Shown one piece after another: positions 1 to 13,200 of a DNA stretch of 64,000 nucleotides. The stretch's first letter is position 1. Each line of letters opens with the position of its first letter. Source of the stretch: Saccostrea echinata (Eukaryota); the NCBI RefSeq assembly GCF_033153115.1, contig NW_026889782.1, forward strand, positions 3,596,001 through 3,660,000, in the 5' to 3' direction. The position numbers were made by a program, and so were the translations under genes. The notes beneath the pieces were generated by a model. The model saw nothing but the letters and a program-made list of their open reading frames with translations. It had not been told where the DNA came from and did not search any database.

Positions 1-1000
1 AGCACTTGGAGATAAAACCTGCTATCTTTACAAACTATGGTATTAATTTATATAATCATATCTTTTACTTATCCATTTTATCAATTTTTAAAATATATAA
101 ACATGTATAGTAAAATACAGAATTAAAATTGTATCTCATTGAAACTTCAAGTTTGTTTGTTTCTATGTTGGTTAATTAACTGTGTATTTCCAAAGGAAGA
201 GCAGCCCAGGCTTAACTACATAGAGAATTGATTATAGATGGTTAGGGAAAAAAAAACATATCTTCCATGTTGAGGACTGTAGAAATAAAACCATTTTGTT
301 ATTTTGACAAAATACTACATGAAACAATGCATGTTTAAATGAAATGGAAAAAAGAGTAATATCTCTTATATATCACGACCTAACTATACTCGAATCAATT
401 AAATTTCATTCATAAAATATATATTTTTTAAGACAAATACAGACTTATTTACTATCGACCATAAATGATGACATGAATAGCAGGCCATACTTTAAGCACA
501 TGACAAACCATTATCTCAAATTATGCAGAACTTGGTTAATTAGCATAGCTGTCATTAGACATATAGGTGAGCGATAACATAATCACAACAATAAACAATG
601 TGTAAAAAACTTTAAACTACCTACACCGTGGATTACAAGCATTTAACAGGGGTTAAAAACTTGCCGTGAGAGTATCATGGCGGCATAAACACAGAAAATT
701 AAGTCGTACTTAAACACATTCACTAAACATTTGAGAAAATCACTGTCTATCATGTGTATTTACTTTATTGGACATGGGGAAAGTTTAGACTTTTTTGCTA
801 TAATAGTATAATAAATAAATAAATAATATGAGTTTACAAGAAAATAATAATTTATTTTAAGTGTTTATGAGTTAAGCAAAAAAAAAAAAAAAGAAGAAGA
901 TTAATGTTTATAAATTTAAAAAAAAACAACAACAAAAAACCAACAAAAAACAGTGACCTGGTGTTATTATACGTTTCTTTTATAACCAGATGTTTTCAAA

Positions 1001-1091
1001 AGGTATCTTTTCGTAAAATTTGGGTTGGCCCTTAAAAGGGCCGTTGTTGTTTTATTTAGGGTTTACTCCCTGGTTGGTCCTTAAAAGGACC
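1001..1091 (-). terminator. Histone-mRNA-type 3' end signals: two stem-loops plus purine-rich downstream element
   Basis: Minus strand: CAAC-GGTCCTTTTAAGGACC-AACCA (1076-1091) and CAAC-GGCCCTTTTAAGGGCC-AACCCA (1027-1042), followed by GAAAAGATACCT (1001-1012). Confidence 0.8.
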
Positions 1092-1765
1092 GTTGTTTTT
1101 TTTTTTCTTCAGGGTGTACTCCCTGGGACGTCGCCCTCGGCCGCGGCCCGCAAACTCTCTCCTCTCGGAGAGAGGTCTCCTAGGTGTTGGAGGAGGGGCA
1201 GGAACTGGCTCATCAGGTCCACGGTATCTGCACAGGGGGCAGCCCTCATCCCTGTCGATAAGCCGGGTCGCACAGAGGTAACAAGCTGGTCTCTGACGAC
1301 ATCTCTGGCAGACGAAGTTCCTCTGTTCATCCTCACACAGGCAGAGAATACAATATCCCTCTACCACCGGCGCTTGTATTCCCCAGGTTGGAATGCAACC
1401 CTGAAAAACCGCACCATCCTGCTCAGGTGGTGGCGAGCTCAGGAGGCGGTGGACGGTTGCACCCGGTGACGAAGGGGGGATTCCGGGGAATCCGGGAGAT
1501 CGAAGTTTCTCCCCTCCTCTTCCGGCCTTGGATGGTAAACAGAACGGGGACGGTGACCTCTGTCCTCTGGTGCCACTCTACTGTACGGGCTGTGTCTTTC
1601 TCTTTGCCTTGATGTTCTCCGGCTGAAGTTGGTAAGGTCAGGCACTTTAATTCTTCCCATGTTGAAAATTCCGTACTCCTCTCCTGTCGTTTGGTTCCTC
1701 ACTATCAACTGAACCAACACCTCCACCCCTGGCTCTATAAAAATGTTCTCGTAAAACAGAGACAT
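1056..1765 (-). pseudogene. Frameshifted Arg-rich/RING-like gene, homolog of 56481..57458
   Basis: ORF 1439..1765 (GVEVLVQLIVRNQTTGEE) matches the N-terminus of the intact copy. ORF 1056..1367 (CILC..CQRCRQRPACYLC..CPLCR..EFAGRGRGRRPRE) matches its C-terminus. The frames are discontinuous near 1440. Confidence 0.8.
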
Positions 1766-2286
1766 CGTTGTATCGCTGAAATCAGCTAGCTAACGAATGA
1801 CATTTAACAGCTGATCAGCGTCGGTATTTATACACACAGCGCGAGCCGAAAAGAGAGCACCCTAAAAGCCCGGATGAAGAAGAGCTCAAATTATCATGGA
1901 AAATTCAAAATTGTGTTATTTGTGTTTGTGAATACATACATTGGATTAAATAACATATTATGGAATTATTTATACATTCAAACCTTCTAGTTATGAGATG
2001 AAGGTAAGTTATGAGAATGATTTCACAGTATTTTTCATACATGACATTATTCCCTTGTTTAGAACATGCCGAAGCGAAGGGTTAACCTTGACTGACCTGA
2101 ATACATAAAATAAGTAGTTTTAGACTTTTTAGAGTGTGACACAAAGAAAACTTATTGTATACAATAAGATTGAACTTAGGGAAGAGTGTTGATATAGTTT
2201 TCAGATCAAAAGAATCGTTACAAGTGTAAAAATAAACCTAGCGTCAACACAAGGGAGGTCAAAGGTCAGCCTTTTTCAAAAAATCA

Positions 2287-2630
2287 ATGTATAGACTTGT
2301 ATAGGGAATATAAGATTCTTTTCAATCCTGACCTTTTAAGATAAAAATTTTGAGATTAATAGAATCAGATTAGTTTAAAAACAAATTGTATACACTTTAT
2401 TTGCTGTGGGAAAGTTTAGATTTTTTAATTAAGAACAAAACATCTCAGCGTCTAACGGTTAAATGTATAGACTTGTATAGGGAATATAAGATTCTTTTCA
2501 ATCCTGATCTTTTAAGATAAAAATTTGAGATTAATAGAATCAGATTGGTTTAAAAACAATTTGTATACACTTTATTTGCAGTGGGAAAGTTTAGATTTTT
2601 TTAATTAAGAACAAAACATCTCAGCGTCTA
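2287..2630. repeat. ~176-bp direct duplication within the Polinton non-coding block
   Basis: AATGTATAGACTTGTATAGGGAATATAAG...CATCTCAGCGTCTA occurs twice in tandem. Confidence 0.8.
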
Positions 2631-3359
2631 CAACTCATACATATGATGACGTCACATTTGTATAGAAATAATAACAAAACTAGAGCTGAGCTCGTTGCAG
2701 AGCAACGAATAGGTCTTCCGTTGGAGCAGTGACCTTGAGTCAAGGTCATGCCATATTCTAAGATGATAAATAATCTTTTAAGGGACTATCAACTTGCAAT
2801 GCTTCGCCAGTAGAAAGACAATAAAATAATGTACACTTTCTATTTCGTGACCTTGAACTTGTCCAGATGACCTTGCGTCAAGCCATGACACACTCTGGTT
2901 ATGACGCAAACCTATCTGTGTTACCGACTTGACAAGTTAACAAATGTTCTTTCAAACCACACATCCAGTAAAAGCATCTTGTTCTTAGTGACCTTGAACT
3001 TGAGTCAAGGCCATGACACAGTCTGTATGATACCAACAATACCCATTCTGAGTGTTTCCAACTTGACAAGTTTACACGTTTTTTTTTTTCATTTCGTTTC
3101 CATTTAGTTGTAATTTATTACTTTTAACTCGCTGGCTTCAAATTTTATTGTAAATATGTTTTATGTCTAATTTCGACATTGAAAAACGTCGGCGTCTTTG
3201 AGTACGTGTACAAGGTGCATTACGTTACCCTATCACATAATTTTTTATAACGCAGACCATACATGTATATATAGTCAGCGTTATAAAAAGGTGAAAAAAA
3301 AACCCCATTTTATTCATCAAAAATCTCTGCTTAATTATCTTTGCCGATTTCTTACAGAA

Positions 3360-4233
3360 CTAGAGTGTTCCCAGGAACGCATGTGTCGCCTGCTTTTAGC
3401 TTCATTAAAGATGTAACTAAGTCTAAAAGTTATCAGCTATTTATTTGCTACGGCATTGAATATAGTTCATGCCAAAAAAAAAAACAATCCAGGGATAGTC
3501 AGACTGCGATAGAATCTAACAATCAAATAGAAATGCAAATCCTTAACCCCTGAAAGCTAAAATGGATATTAATGAAATTTGAATAAATTTACTATAAATA
3601 ATTATATATAAATTATTTAAGTACGTGATTTCAACAATCCTTCGAAAGAGGCTTCAGTCTATAACATCAGCAATTGTCAGTCTACACCATCCATTTTGGA
3701 ATACCGATCCCGTTGTATTTTCATAGTACTTAAATTTCAGTTTTTGTGGTTTCTTTATTTCATACAGTGTCAAAATACATTGTCATGAGCTCATAAACAT
3801 GTATAACTGTTAATTATCAAACCCTGCCTCTGTAATTTCAAAAGACATCAGTTAAATTTAACCCTCCGCAGTATATTTTACAAATTAGGTCAAAGGTCAA
3901 GGTCAAGTGGACTGTAACGCTGGTATTTTTCAAAATGTTTTATGACAAACAGTGCACATTCTAAATAGCATAGACTTACCTCATAAATATCAAAAAGAAG
4001 CTGTATATCGGCATTATTGGTTATTTTGAAAAGTAGGTCAAAGGTCAAGTTCAAGGATATCTAGGTCGGAAGCCATGGAAAAATACAAAAGCCATAGTGC
4101 CAAACTATATGTGCAAATTATCAAATCCATACCATACATTTCTCGAGATATAAGGTGTGACAGATGGACGGACAGCAAGACAGACGCCAGGTAAATTGAT
4201 TGCTAAGTACTGCTCTACTCTGCAGGCGACACA
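3360..4233 (-). mobile_element. Nested HINE-type element
   Basis: subTIRs TGTGTCGCCTGC (3382-3393) and GCAGGCGACACA (4222-4233), GTTCC/GGAAC palindrome, CTAG end, GACA-type microsatellite and AAGGTCA motifs. Confidence 0.65.
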
Positions 4234-4236
4234 AAA

Positions 4237-4735
4237 ATGTTTGTTTTATTGTCTCTTTGTTGTTTAACGTCCCTTGAGCTGCCAGCATTTGCCAGTGGAG
4301 GGCTGCAAATTCAGACCTATACTCGACACTCAAGGCCATTGAGCAGTGGTTTTTTTTTTTCATGCCGGCACCTACTGTTACACGGGACCTCGGTTTATAC
4401 GGCCTCATCCGAAGGACCATACTCCACGTTCTGTAGTGAAATTGTTTGTTTGTGTGTTAACGTCCCCGTCGAGATTTTTCACTCATATGGAAACGCCACC
4501 ACTTGCCGGTGGAGGGCTGCAAATTCAGACCTATACTCGACACTCAAGGCCTTTGAGCAATGAGGATCTCTTTCGTGCCAGCATCTACTGCTACACGGGA
4601 TCTCGGTTTATACGGTCTCATGCAAAGGACCGGTCTCCACGTCCCGCAGAGGGAGTCGAACCCGCGACGTAAAGATTAACTCCTTACTCCGCGACTCTAG
4701 AGCAAACGCTCAAACCACTGCGCCAAGCAGGCGAC
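4237..4735 (-). mobile_element. tRNA-derived SINE: full copy 4441-4735 plus a partial tandem copy
   Basis: Minus strand has A-box TGGCGCAGTGG, B-box GGTTCGACTCC, a body shared with the other SINE copies and an (AAAC)n tail. Confidence 0.85.
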
Positions 4736-5333
4736 GTGGTGGTATTCGAAACCACGACTACGAATCGTAGGGGTAGAAACATTTTGATAAAGGTAATATC
4801 ATTATGAAAATCATGTTCTGACTTAAGCCTGTAGAAAGCAATGTCATTTTTTTTCTGAGACGGGGCACAAACAATCAATTTTTTTTATATCTAGGCAAAA
4901 AAAATAAATAAAAAATAAAAACATAATTGCTGGGGGGCACGACCATACAGCTTTAAGCTATATAGTGACTAAGAAGGAATAACTTGTCATTTGTCAAAGT
5001 CTTTTACCTAAGCTCTTCACTTTTAATTGTTTCAAAGTGAAAAGTATACATTTATATGTAGTACAGGTATCCATCTCATATGCATAATCTATTTAATCAA
5101 TCATTTTATCCTAAAGGGAAAGTGAAATCTCAATCAAAATTTGTCACAAATACCACTGCTTGAAAAAATAGCTTTACAAAACTTTACTTGCAAAGTAAAT
5201 CTCATTAAAGGTGCTCCAAAAAGCAAGGTCATCTTTGTATTAACTTTACAAAAAGTAAAGGTGAAAAGGTAACCTTTACTTAAAAGAAAAGGTAATTAAA
5301 TTTAACCTTTCACCTTTAATGCTGCATTAAAGT

Positions 5334-5334
<1 letters not shown>

Positions 5335-5400
<66 letters not shown>
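5335..5400. repeat. (TA)n microsatellite
   Basis: About 32 TA units. Confidence 0.95.
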
Positions 5401-5404
<4 letters not shown>

Positions 5405-6371
5405 TATGAAACTTTTTAAATCCTTATTTAAATACTGGCCTTTGTTTAATACACTTGTACTTAAGATTTCAACAAATGGTTTTTGACTTTTAAAATAAAT
5501 AGGTATCTGATGTGTCTTTTGTGTTACCCTCACCTCATTTTTGTTAAACTTGATCTTACTAAAAATACACAAATTTTCAAGCGTTATATCAATTTCCAGT
5601 TGTATTTAGTATTAGAGATTATCATCTACAAAATATAAAAAATTTATACTATTTTTGTATACTGTAGATGGACAATCAAAAATGTAAAAATGGTATCAGA
5701 TATCAGAATATAGATATAATAAACTTTAAAATTCCCTATGACTTAACCTTCAACTTATCTGATTTGCTGATATCTGATAGATGGAGAACTCTTTTTTATT
5801 TGCTTTTTGTGTAGATGTATTGAAACCTTTTCTGTTATAATTTCTGCTTCATAAATATCTACCAAAAACAGTTACAAACATTACAAGATTACATCTTTTA
5901 CTTGAACAGGCAATAAAATGACAAAGAATAAAATTAAAAAAGGTTAAAATACAATACAATATTATTTATCCTTTATGGTGCATGTACATGTGTTAAAACT
6001 TTGCAGTTTAAATGGAACTAAAAATGCCATACTCAGTTATTACTCAAGATCACTGACGAGAAACTACACAACATAAATCAGGCAAAGTACTAGTATTTCC
6101 AACTTAAACTATTAAAGGCTATCTAATGAGTATTTATGTACAGGTTAATAATGTTGACATCTTGTAAGCATAATGGTGCAATTTACATATTCACAAAATT
6201 GCTTAAACACCTATTAGAATATAGGTTCAGATGTGGTTTTGCAAGATGCATAAGTAAATGCATGTGTCCAGCTTCACGCAGTGAGCCTGTTTGAGCTTGA
6301 CTTTATACTTTGGACTAAATGTTACATGTGTTGCGACTGTGGTAGGAGATTATGTTTACATAGGTGTACAT

Positions 6372-7205
6372 CTTCACACGCCTTGGAAAATATGTAACTG
6401 GTTGTGGTAGATGCTTGTGTGTTTGCATATGTGTCCAGCTTCACACATTTTCATGTATGTGCTCGACTTCACACGCCTTGGAAAATATGTAACTGGTGTT
6501 GTGGTAGATGCTTGTGTGTTTGCATATGTGTCCAGCTTCACACATTTTCATGTATGTGCTCAACTTCACACGCCTTGGAAAATATGTAATTGGTTGTGAT
6601 AGATGCTTGTGTGTTTGCATATGTGTCCAGCTTAACACATTTTCATGTATGTGCTCAACTTCAAACGCCCTGGAAAATATGTAACTGTGGTTGTGGTAAA
6701 TGCTTGTGTGTTTGCATATGTGTCCAGCTTCACACATTTTCATGTATGTGCTCGACTTCACACGCCTTGGAAAATATGTAACTGGTGTTGTGGTAGATGC
6801 TTGTGTGTTTGCATATGTGTCCAGCTTCACACATTTTCATGTATGTGCTCGACTTCACACGCCTTGGAAAATATGTAACTGGTGTTGTGGTAGATGCTTG
6901 TGTGTTTGCATATGTGTCCAGCTTCACACATTTTCATGTATGTGCTCGACTTCACACGCCTTGGAAAATATGTAACTGGTGTTGTGGTAGATGCTTGTGT
7001 GTTTGCATATGTGTCCAGCTTCACACATTTTCATGTATGTGCTCGACTTCACACGCCTTGGAAAATATGTAATTGGTTGTGATAGATGCTTGTGTGTTTG
7101 CACGTGTCCAGCTTAACACATTTTCATGTATGTGCTCGACTTCAAACGCCCTGGAAAATATGTAACTGTGGTTGTGGTAAATGCTGGAGTGTTTGCATAT
7201 GTGTC
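6372..7205. repeat. ~97-bp tandem satellite, ~8.5 copies
   Basis: Unit CTTCACACGCCTTGGAAAATATGTAACTGG...GTGCTCGA repeated head to tail; it generates the repetitive ORFs in the track. Confidence 0.95.
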
Positions 7206-10200
7206 ATGCTCCGCACAGAGAGAAAAGTTTTGTGTGCTCTTTTCTAGAAGATAATGATTATTTAAATATGCTCCGAATACATCCTCTAAAGAAATGGATA
7301 ATCATAATGAGTTACATACTAAGTTCCTCAGTGCACAATATACACAATTTTACTGAAAATTAAACTTGTGCAAAAACTCTCTTGCGGAATAACTTTCATT
7401 ATTATAAATGCTTGAATGTTCATCAATATATTTTCAGATATTTTCTAGTCAATGTATATATTCTTGATCATGATGGCATCCATATTTGATTCCCCTCTCT
7501 GTCATCTTTTCTGGGTCACTAATTAATTCAACAGTAGGCTGGGTACTCAGATCTCTCAGGAGTGCTAATAATAAACATAATCTTTGAAATTATAGAGAAT
7601 AACATCCATTTCTTTTCCAGGTTTGCATTAATTAGTTATCTTTTGAAATTAAAGCACTTCTGCAATAACCTTGAAAACTTGCCAAGATACATTAAATGTT
7701 TGTAGCATGCTTTAACTACTTTAATTTTATTTTTGGAAGTTTAGAATAATAGAAAAACAAGTTCAAAAATAAAATGTAAAAGATCTTAATAATGAAGATT
7801 CATTTACACAATGTTATAACACATTGAAGTCAATTCCTCACCTGACTCTCACAATTTATCTTCATAATGGAGTTGATTCTATGATGATCACTTTCAATCA
7901 TTTAAAAGAACTTCTTCACTTAAACTATCTGAAGGTCATCCATCTACCCAACTGTCACTCACCTAAAGTGTACTGAGACTTCTGACCTGTATAATATCAA
8001 AATTCAAGATTAAAATTTAAAAAAATCTCTTCACCACACTGGTCTCTTTAAAAAATGTGAGAAAATAATTTAAATACTTTTCTGAAGATGAAATAATGTA
8101 GTGAGTATCTAACATTGTTTAAAAATATTTTGATCCCTGTACAGTGATAATATATGAAAAAGTCAAGTCCCTTGTATTTGAAAAAAAATTCCATTCTTAA
8201 GGACATTACCCAACATGGAAATAATGCACATTTGTCTCTGGCACAACCAAACCACAAGAGACCTTTCCATACTTAGCACCATATGCATTAGCTCTCACCC
8301 TTTGTTTCTACAAAAGATAAATTATGAAAAGGTAATTTTTTGACAGCTAAGTTTTATTTTCCAGTCAGTGATGAACAGAATATTTGATTTCCTTAATAAT
8401 GAGGGACAGATTATTCATGTTTATCTTAAATGAACAAAGTTTGAACCCCCCCCCCCCCATCGCGACTACAAAAAGGAAAATAAAAAACTGACTCAGAAAC
8501 TCTTATTTCAGTGAAGTAAAGGGAATAATGGCATCAGACGAGGGAAGATTATTAATCATTTTTTTCAGTTGAGATGAGATTATATCCTTTAAACATTTTT
8601 GTGGTTAATATATTTTTAACCCCCCTTCCCCCCCCCCTTTCCCCCCGCATCAAACAAAAAATATTCGCCCATTTATTTAGCTTTCCTAAATTTATAACAA
8701 AATTTTTATTATGATTTTTTCCATTTTAATTTATTGTATCCTGACACTGATGCCACCACTATATAGTAGATGCAATTCAACAACTTGAGAGGTGACCCCT
8801 CTTCTTCTCTCCCTCCCCTAGATGTTTCGTCTAAATGTTAAACGACTGTTGTTCAATATCTTGAAAGACAGAAAACAGTTATACACAAAAAATAAGCACA
8901 TATTCATTACCTTGCAAGCAGTGTCACACGCAAACATCTCGCAATCTCTTTGTTTATTCTTGGCGGAATTTTGTTGCCTCTTAGACTGGTTCCCATACAT
9001 TGCAAATGCCCTGAATAAGTCCTACGCTTATTAGTTTCGTTTAGAAGAGGTAATATCAGTAATACGTCCCGTTCATTTGACAACCTTTACTTTAAAATAA
9101 TGAAATATATTTTATCATATATACGGATGTTTTCCACCTCAGTATTGTGTAATCCTCTTCATCCAAGTCTTCTCGAATACAAAACGAACGATGTACTTTT
9201 AACAGTAACCCAAATATGGCACTGTGTATTCGAATGAATAGCCAATCATTTCAAATCAAGTTGAGCGGGTCTCATCGGTATTTTCTGGTATTTTTGACGA
9301 AAATATGCAACCAGTGATCAGTTGAATTGATACCTTTTCATCTACCAGAAGATTTAAGGTGTTTATTGCTTGGAAAACTGTTCGAGCTCCCGGGCTGGCA
9401 TGCACTGCAGGTTTGTTTACGTTTTCCATCTGTTTTCAGCATACATTGTGAAACATTGAAACTGATGAAAGTCAGGAAAAACTACGCTAAATATGTGTTT
9501 TTAGATAAGTAACTTGATAAACTGGGGATAATGTTCCATTTTTTTTCTGTAAATGATCATGGATTAAACATGTTAAACAAGACCTAGGAAAACAATTCTA
9601 GGTCACAATTTCAGAATGTTTAGCTGTTTACATTAGTGCTAGGAAAAAAAATGTAGAAGCCAGGGTAGGGGCAATGTTCTTAATAGAAGACAAGTTAGGT
9701 TATATTTTAAAGATATTATTTTGTATTCTAAACCATGTCCATTTTCAAAAACAGGTACAGTGAAATCAATTATGCAGGTTCTTGAAGAAAGTCATGGATG
9801 ACAACAATGTATGATTTACCAGACCAAGGGATCCCAATGTTTTTTTGATGGTACTTGTACGTATTAGTTTTTTTAAAAAATCAATAAATAATATCATAAA
9901 AATGTTACTTAAACAATTATTTAAATTATCAATTGCTTGACTTTTTCGGGAGTCAGTATAATTATATATTTCTGTTTTCAAAAAATGTGTTATTACTTTT
10001 TCCAGGCTCCAGCTACTCAGCTTACTGTGAGAGAGCTAACACCTTATTGACAAATTTTCATGAAGAAGAAACACTTGAGAAGAGTTCAAGAGTATAATTT
10101 TATAGATGGCAAGTGTTGCTTAGACCTAAAGTATTCTTTAATTGTGAAGAAAACAAACATAAGGGTGTTCGGCAATTCATAACTATTAACTGTGATTGCA

Positions 10201-13200
10201 TTGTGTATTTTTAAAATCATTCTTTGGTATGCTTCAAACTCAAAAGTATTTATGAAAACATTGACTATATTTATCCAGATGTATGAAATGTTTATCAAAG
10301 TATAAATTCCATTTTAGCATGTTATCTTCAAAATGAGGGACCTGTCAACTTTTACAATTCCAAGATCAGGAAATAATTCATGAGCAGCAACATGCTACTG
10401 GGAGAAAGGTACATATATCCTAAACCATAACTTGAACATCATACTATAGCTCTATAAGCAGCAACTATTGGTCTTTTTGTTACCTGATGACTAAGAAGGA
10501 AAATGGAGTTAATTATATGTGTTCAGTAATTATTCATAGATACTGATGCCAGTACTTTTTCACAAATTATCTTGCAAGTAAGACAAACATTTTCTCAATT
10601 CTGCAAAAGTATCTTAGCTACAGAAGGTCATGAGAAATCTTATTTTACACCTACATTAGCATATTTTGTAAATAATCCTTTCAAAAGAAAAATTAGGTAA
10701 TGATAAACAAAGAAATTACAGAGTTATTAATTAAATTTTAATTTTAGGGGTAAGATAAGGGCTTGTGGCCCAGTCCATTTATATCATAAAATAAGTTAAT
10801 AGCAACATGTTCATCAGTTTGTATCTGTCTTATTTAATGAGATTAACATAGTCTTTTTGGTAAAAATAAAGGCTGACATTAATGGTTCAGAATATTTTCT
10901 TTTTGAGGTTAAAGGTCATGTATGAAATTTTTATCTACATGTATTAATATGGTTGCATCTCGTTTCAATTTTCATTAGTCATGATACTGTGAATACTGAT
11001 ATCACAGTTTATTTAAATTTATAACACAGATGCCCATGAAAATATTCATGTCACTGAAAATATATATATATTTTTTTCTTTTAAGGAAAACAGTAGAAGA
11101 CTGCCTGCATGAGAATAAAAGTTTTGGACTCTGAAAAGGAATATGTGACAAAATATATATTTGGACAGTTGTTGATTTCCACAGAAACGCATGTCGAGTA
11201 ACAAAAAAGTGGAGCACAGTTTCATGTCAATTCAAATCTTTAAATTCAAGGATGAACAATTGGTTCTTTATAAAACAAAATGACATGTTTGAAAAGGATT
11301 TTAGTGCAGTGTACTCTGTCCTGGATACTTATCTATGTGTATGTATGGGATTTGCAGGATAGACTATGTAAAACAGATACTGTCAAGAAATTTGATGTTG
11401 TTGATTATATGTTTGTATAAAAATGTTTAGTATAGTAATAAACAAAGTTTAAGTCAATCTGTTGTTACTTTGTATATTAAGTATGATGTCCAGACTTCTT
11501 TTGCAGTTTCAATTTGGAAGGAAAAGCTTATTTATTATATGCACAAGCTTTATTCAAAAGAATGGAAAACAGTAATTAACTTTTGTGGCTATTAAAGATG
11601 TTATTTAATTAAATTTAATATTTGTAATTATCAGATTTAATGTACCCCAAATACTGTGTTTAATGTTTGTAAATATTAACTTTACTTTTTTGTAAAGTCA
11701 AGACAATGTGGGACATTACATCATATTTAAGTGCATGTAAAGTTAATGTAAAGGTTACCTTTTCCAACTTTGACTTTTTTCAGAAAAGCCAATTAAAGGC
11801 ATTGTAAATAATAAATTTACATTATCTTTACTTGTTTTGTAAAGCCAAATTTTCATGCAGTGTACTGGACTCTCTGATTAATTATAACATACATGTAAGA
11901 ACGGATCGTCAATTAGGACTGCAGGTTTGATAAATTCACAGCATGCATCTTCAGCCTTAATTAAAACGTTGTTTCGAAATATTACACTGTATCTATGCAC
12001 GTGCAAGTGGAATTAAAATAATAAAAAGTTAAATACTTCTTAAATGCATGGATTATATGTTACACAGTTCTGAACATTAGAAATAATTAAGCTTATAGTG
12101 TTGGCGATATTTTATCGTATGCTAAAAAATATGTATTACATAAAACATGTATTTTAAAAAAATCAGCACAATATAGCCTTTCAGATACTTATACATACAA
12201 ATCAAATTACATATAATATGAAATATTTTATTGAATATTATGATCTCTTCTCTGTAAACAGGTAGACATTGAAGGCGAAAAGGGGCTCGAATAGCCGCCA
12301 GTTTTTTTTTTCTTTGGAAAGCTGTACAGTTATCTTGGACGACATATCGCGTACATGTACAGTGTACAAAACAGCAGTGAAAATAAAAATAATGAACTCA
12401 AAGTTTAATTCTCTTCTCTCAATTATTTTGTGAAATATAATTACCAACAAATATATAAGTTTTTACCAGAGTGTATACAAAGCGACTTTTCAAGCGGTAC
12501 ATGAAAGCGTGACCAGATACGTGTAATTCCTTTCAAAGCATGCGAACTCAGACTACAGTATCAGGTAACACAGGTTGCTGGCCTGTCAATCAAATCAGCA
12601 GCTATTGTTTTATTTTTGTATGATTGTCGGGCGGTATATTATCGATCTTAAGCTAGGTAGATTTTGTGGGCGTTAATGGAAAATTGGGTGTTTAATAAAA
12701 GCACATGTACTTGTCATATGCTGGAATTACAAAACTATAGTCGACAGAGTTTTTCACATAGCATGTTCAGAGTTGGTGTAATCATAAAGATAGCCATTTT
12801 AAAAAGAAAATAATGTAAAAGTGTTAAGCAATGCGTCTTACTGTTTTCAAAATATATCTCTTTTGAATTCTTTGCCTACAAACCTTGTGTGTCAAGTTAG
12901 AATTATCTGCAGAATTAACCACACGCAATGGATCTCCGAAATTAAACACATAGTAACACATAATTGAGAAATTAATCGTTTATTAAATACATGTCTGCAG
13001 TTTAAAGATTAGGATTCATGAAATCGGGGATCTTTATACGTCCTTAATAAAATGTTTTGGATTTAAATTAAATCAAATTAAAATAAGAATAAATGATTTA
13101 ATTGAATGATCCGGTATGATTTAAAAAATAATTTTCCGTAAATCATTGTGTCAGCAAAATGAATATAGAACGACAATGTTTTGTGTATGAGCACTAATAG

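Larger units (their letters stand above)
5154..11862. mobile_element. CACTA/EnSpm-like DNA transposon (CACTG termini), decayed
   Basis: Imperfect TIRs CACTGCTTGAAAAAATAGCTTTACAAAAC / GTTTTGTAAAGCCAAATTTTCATGCAGTG, flanked by the 3-bp direct repeat TAC (5151-5153, 11863-11865). Confidence 0.65.

Noticed and set aside
6372-7205. CRISPR array or Cys/His-rich ORFs
   Set aside because: Head-to-tail 97-bp satellite with no unique spacers; the ORFs are repeat artefacts.
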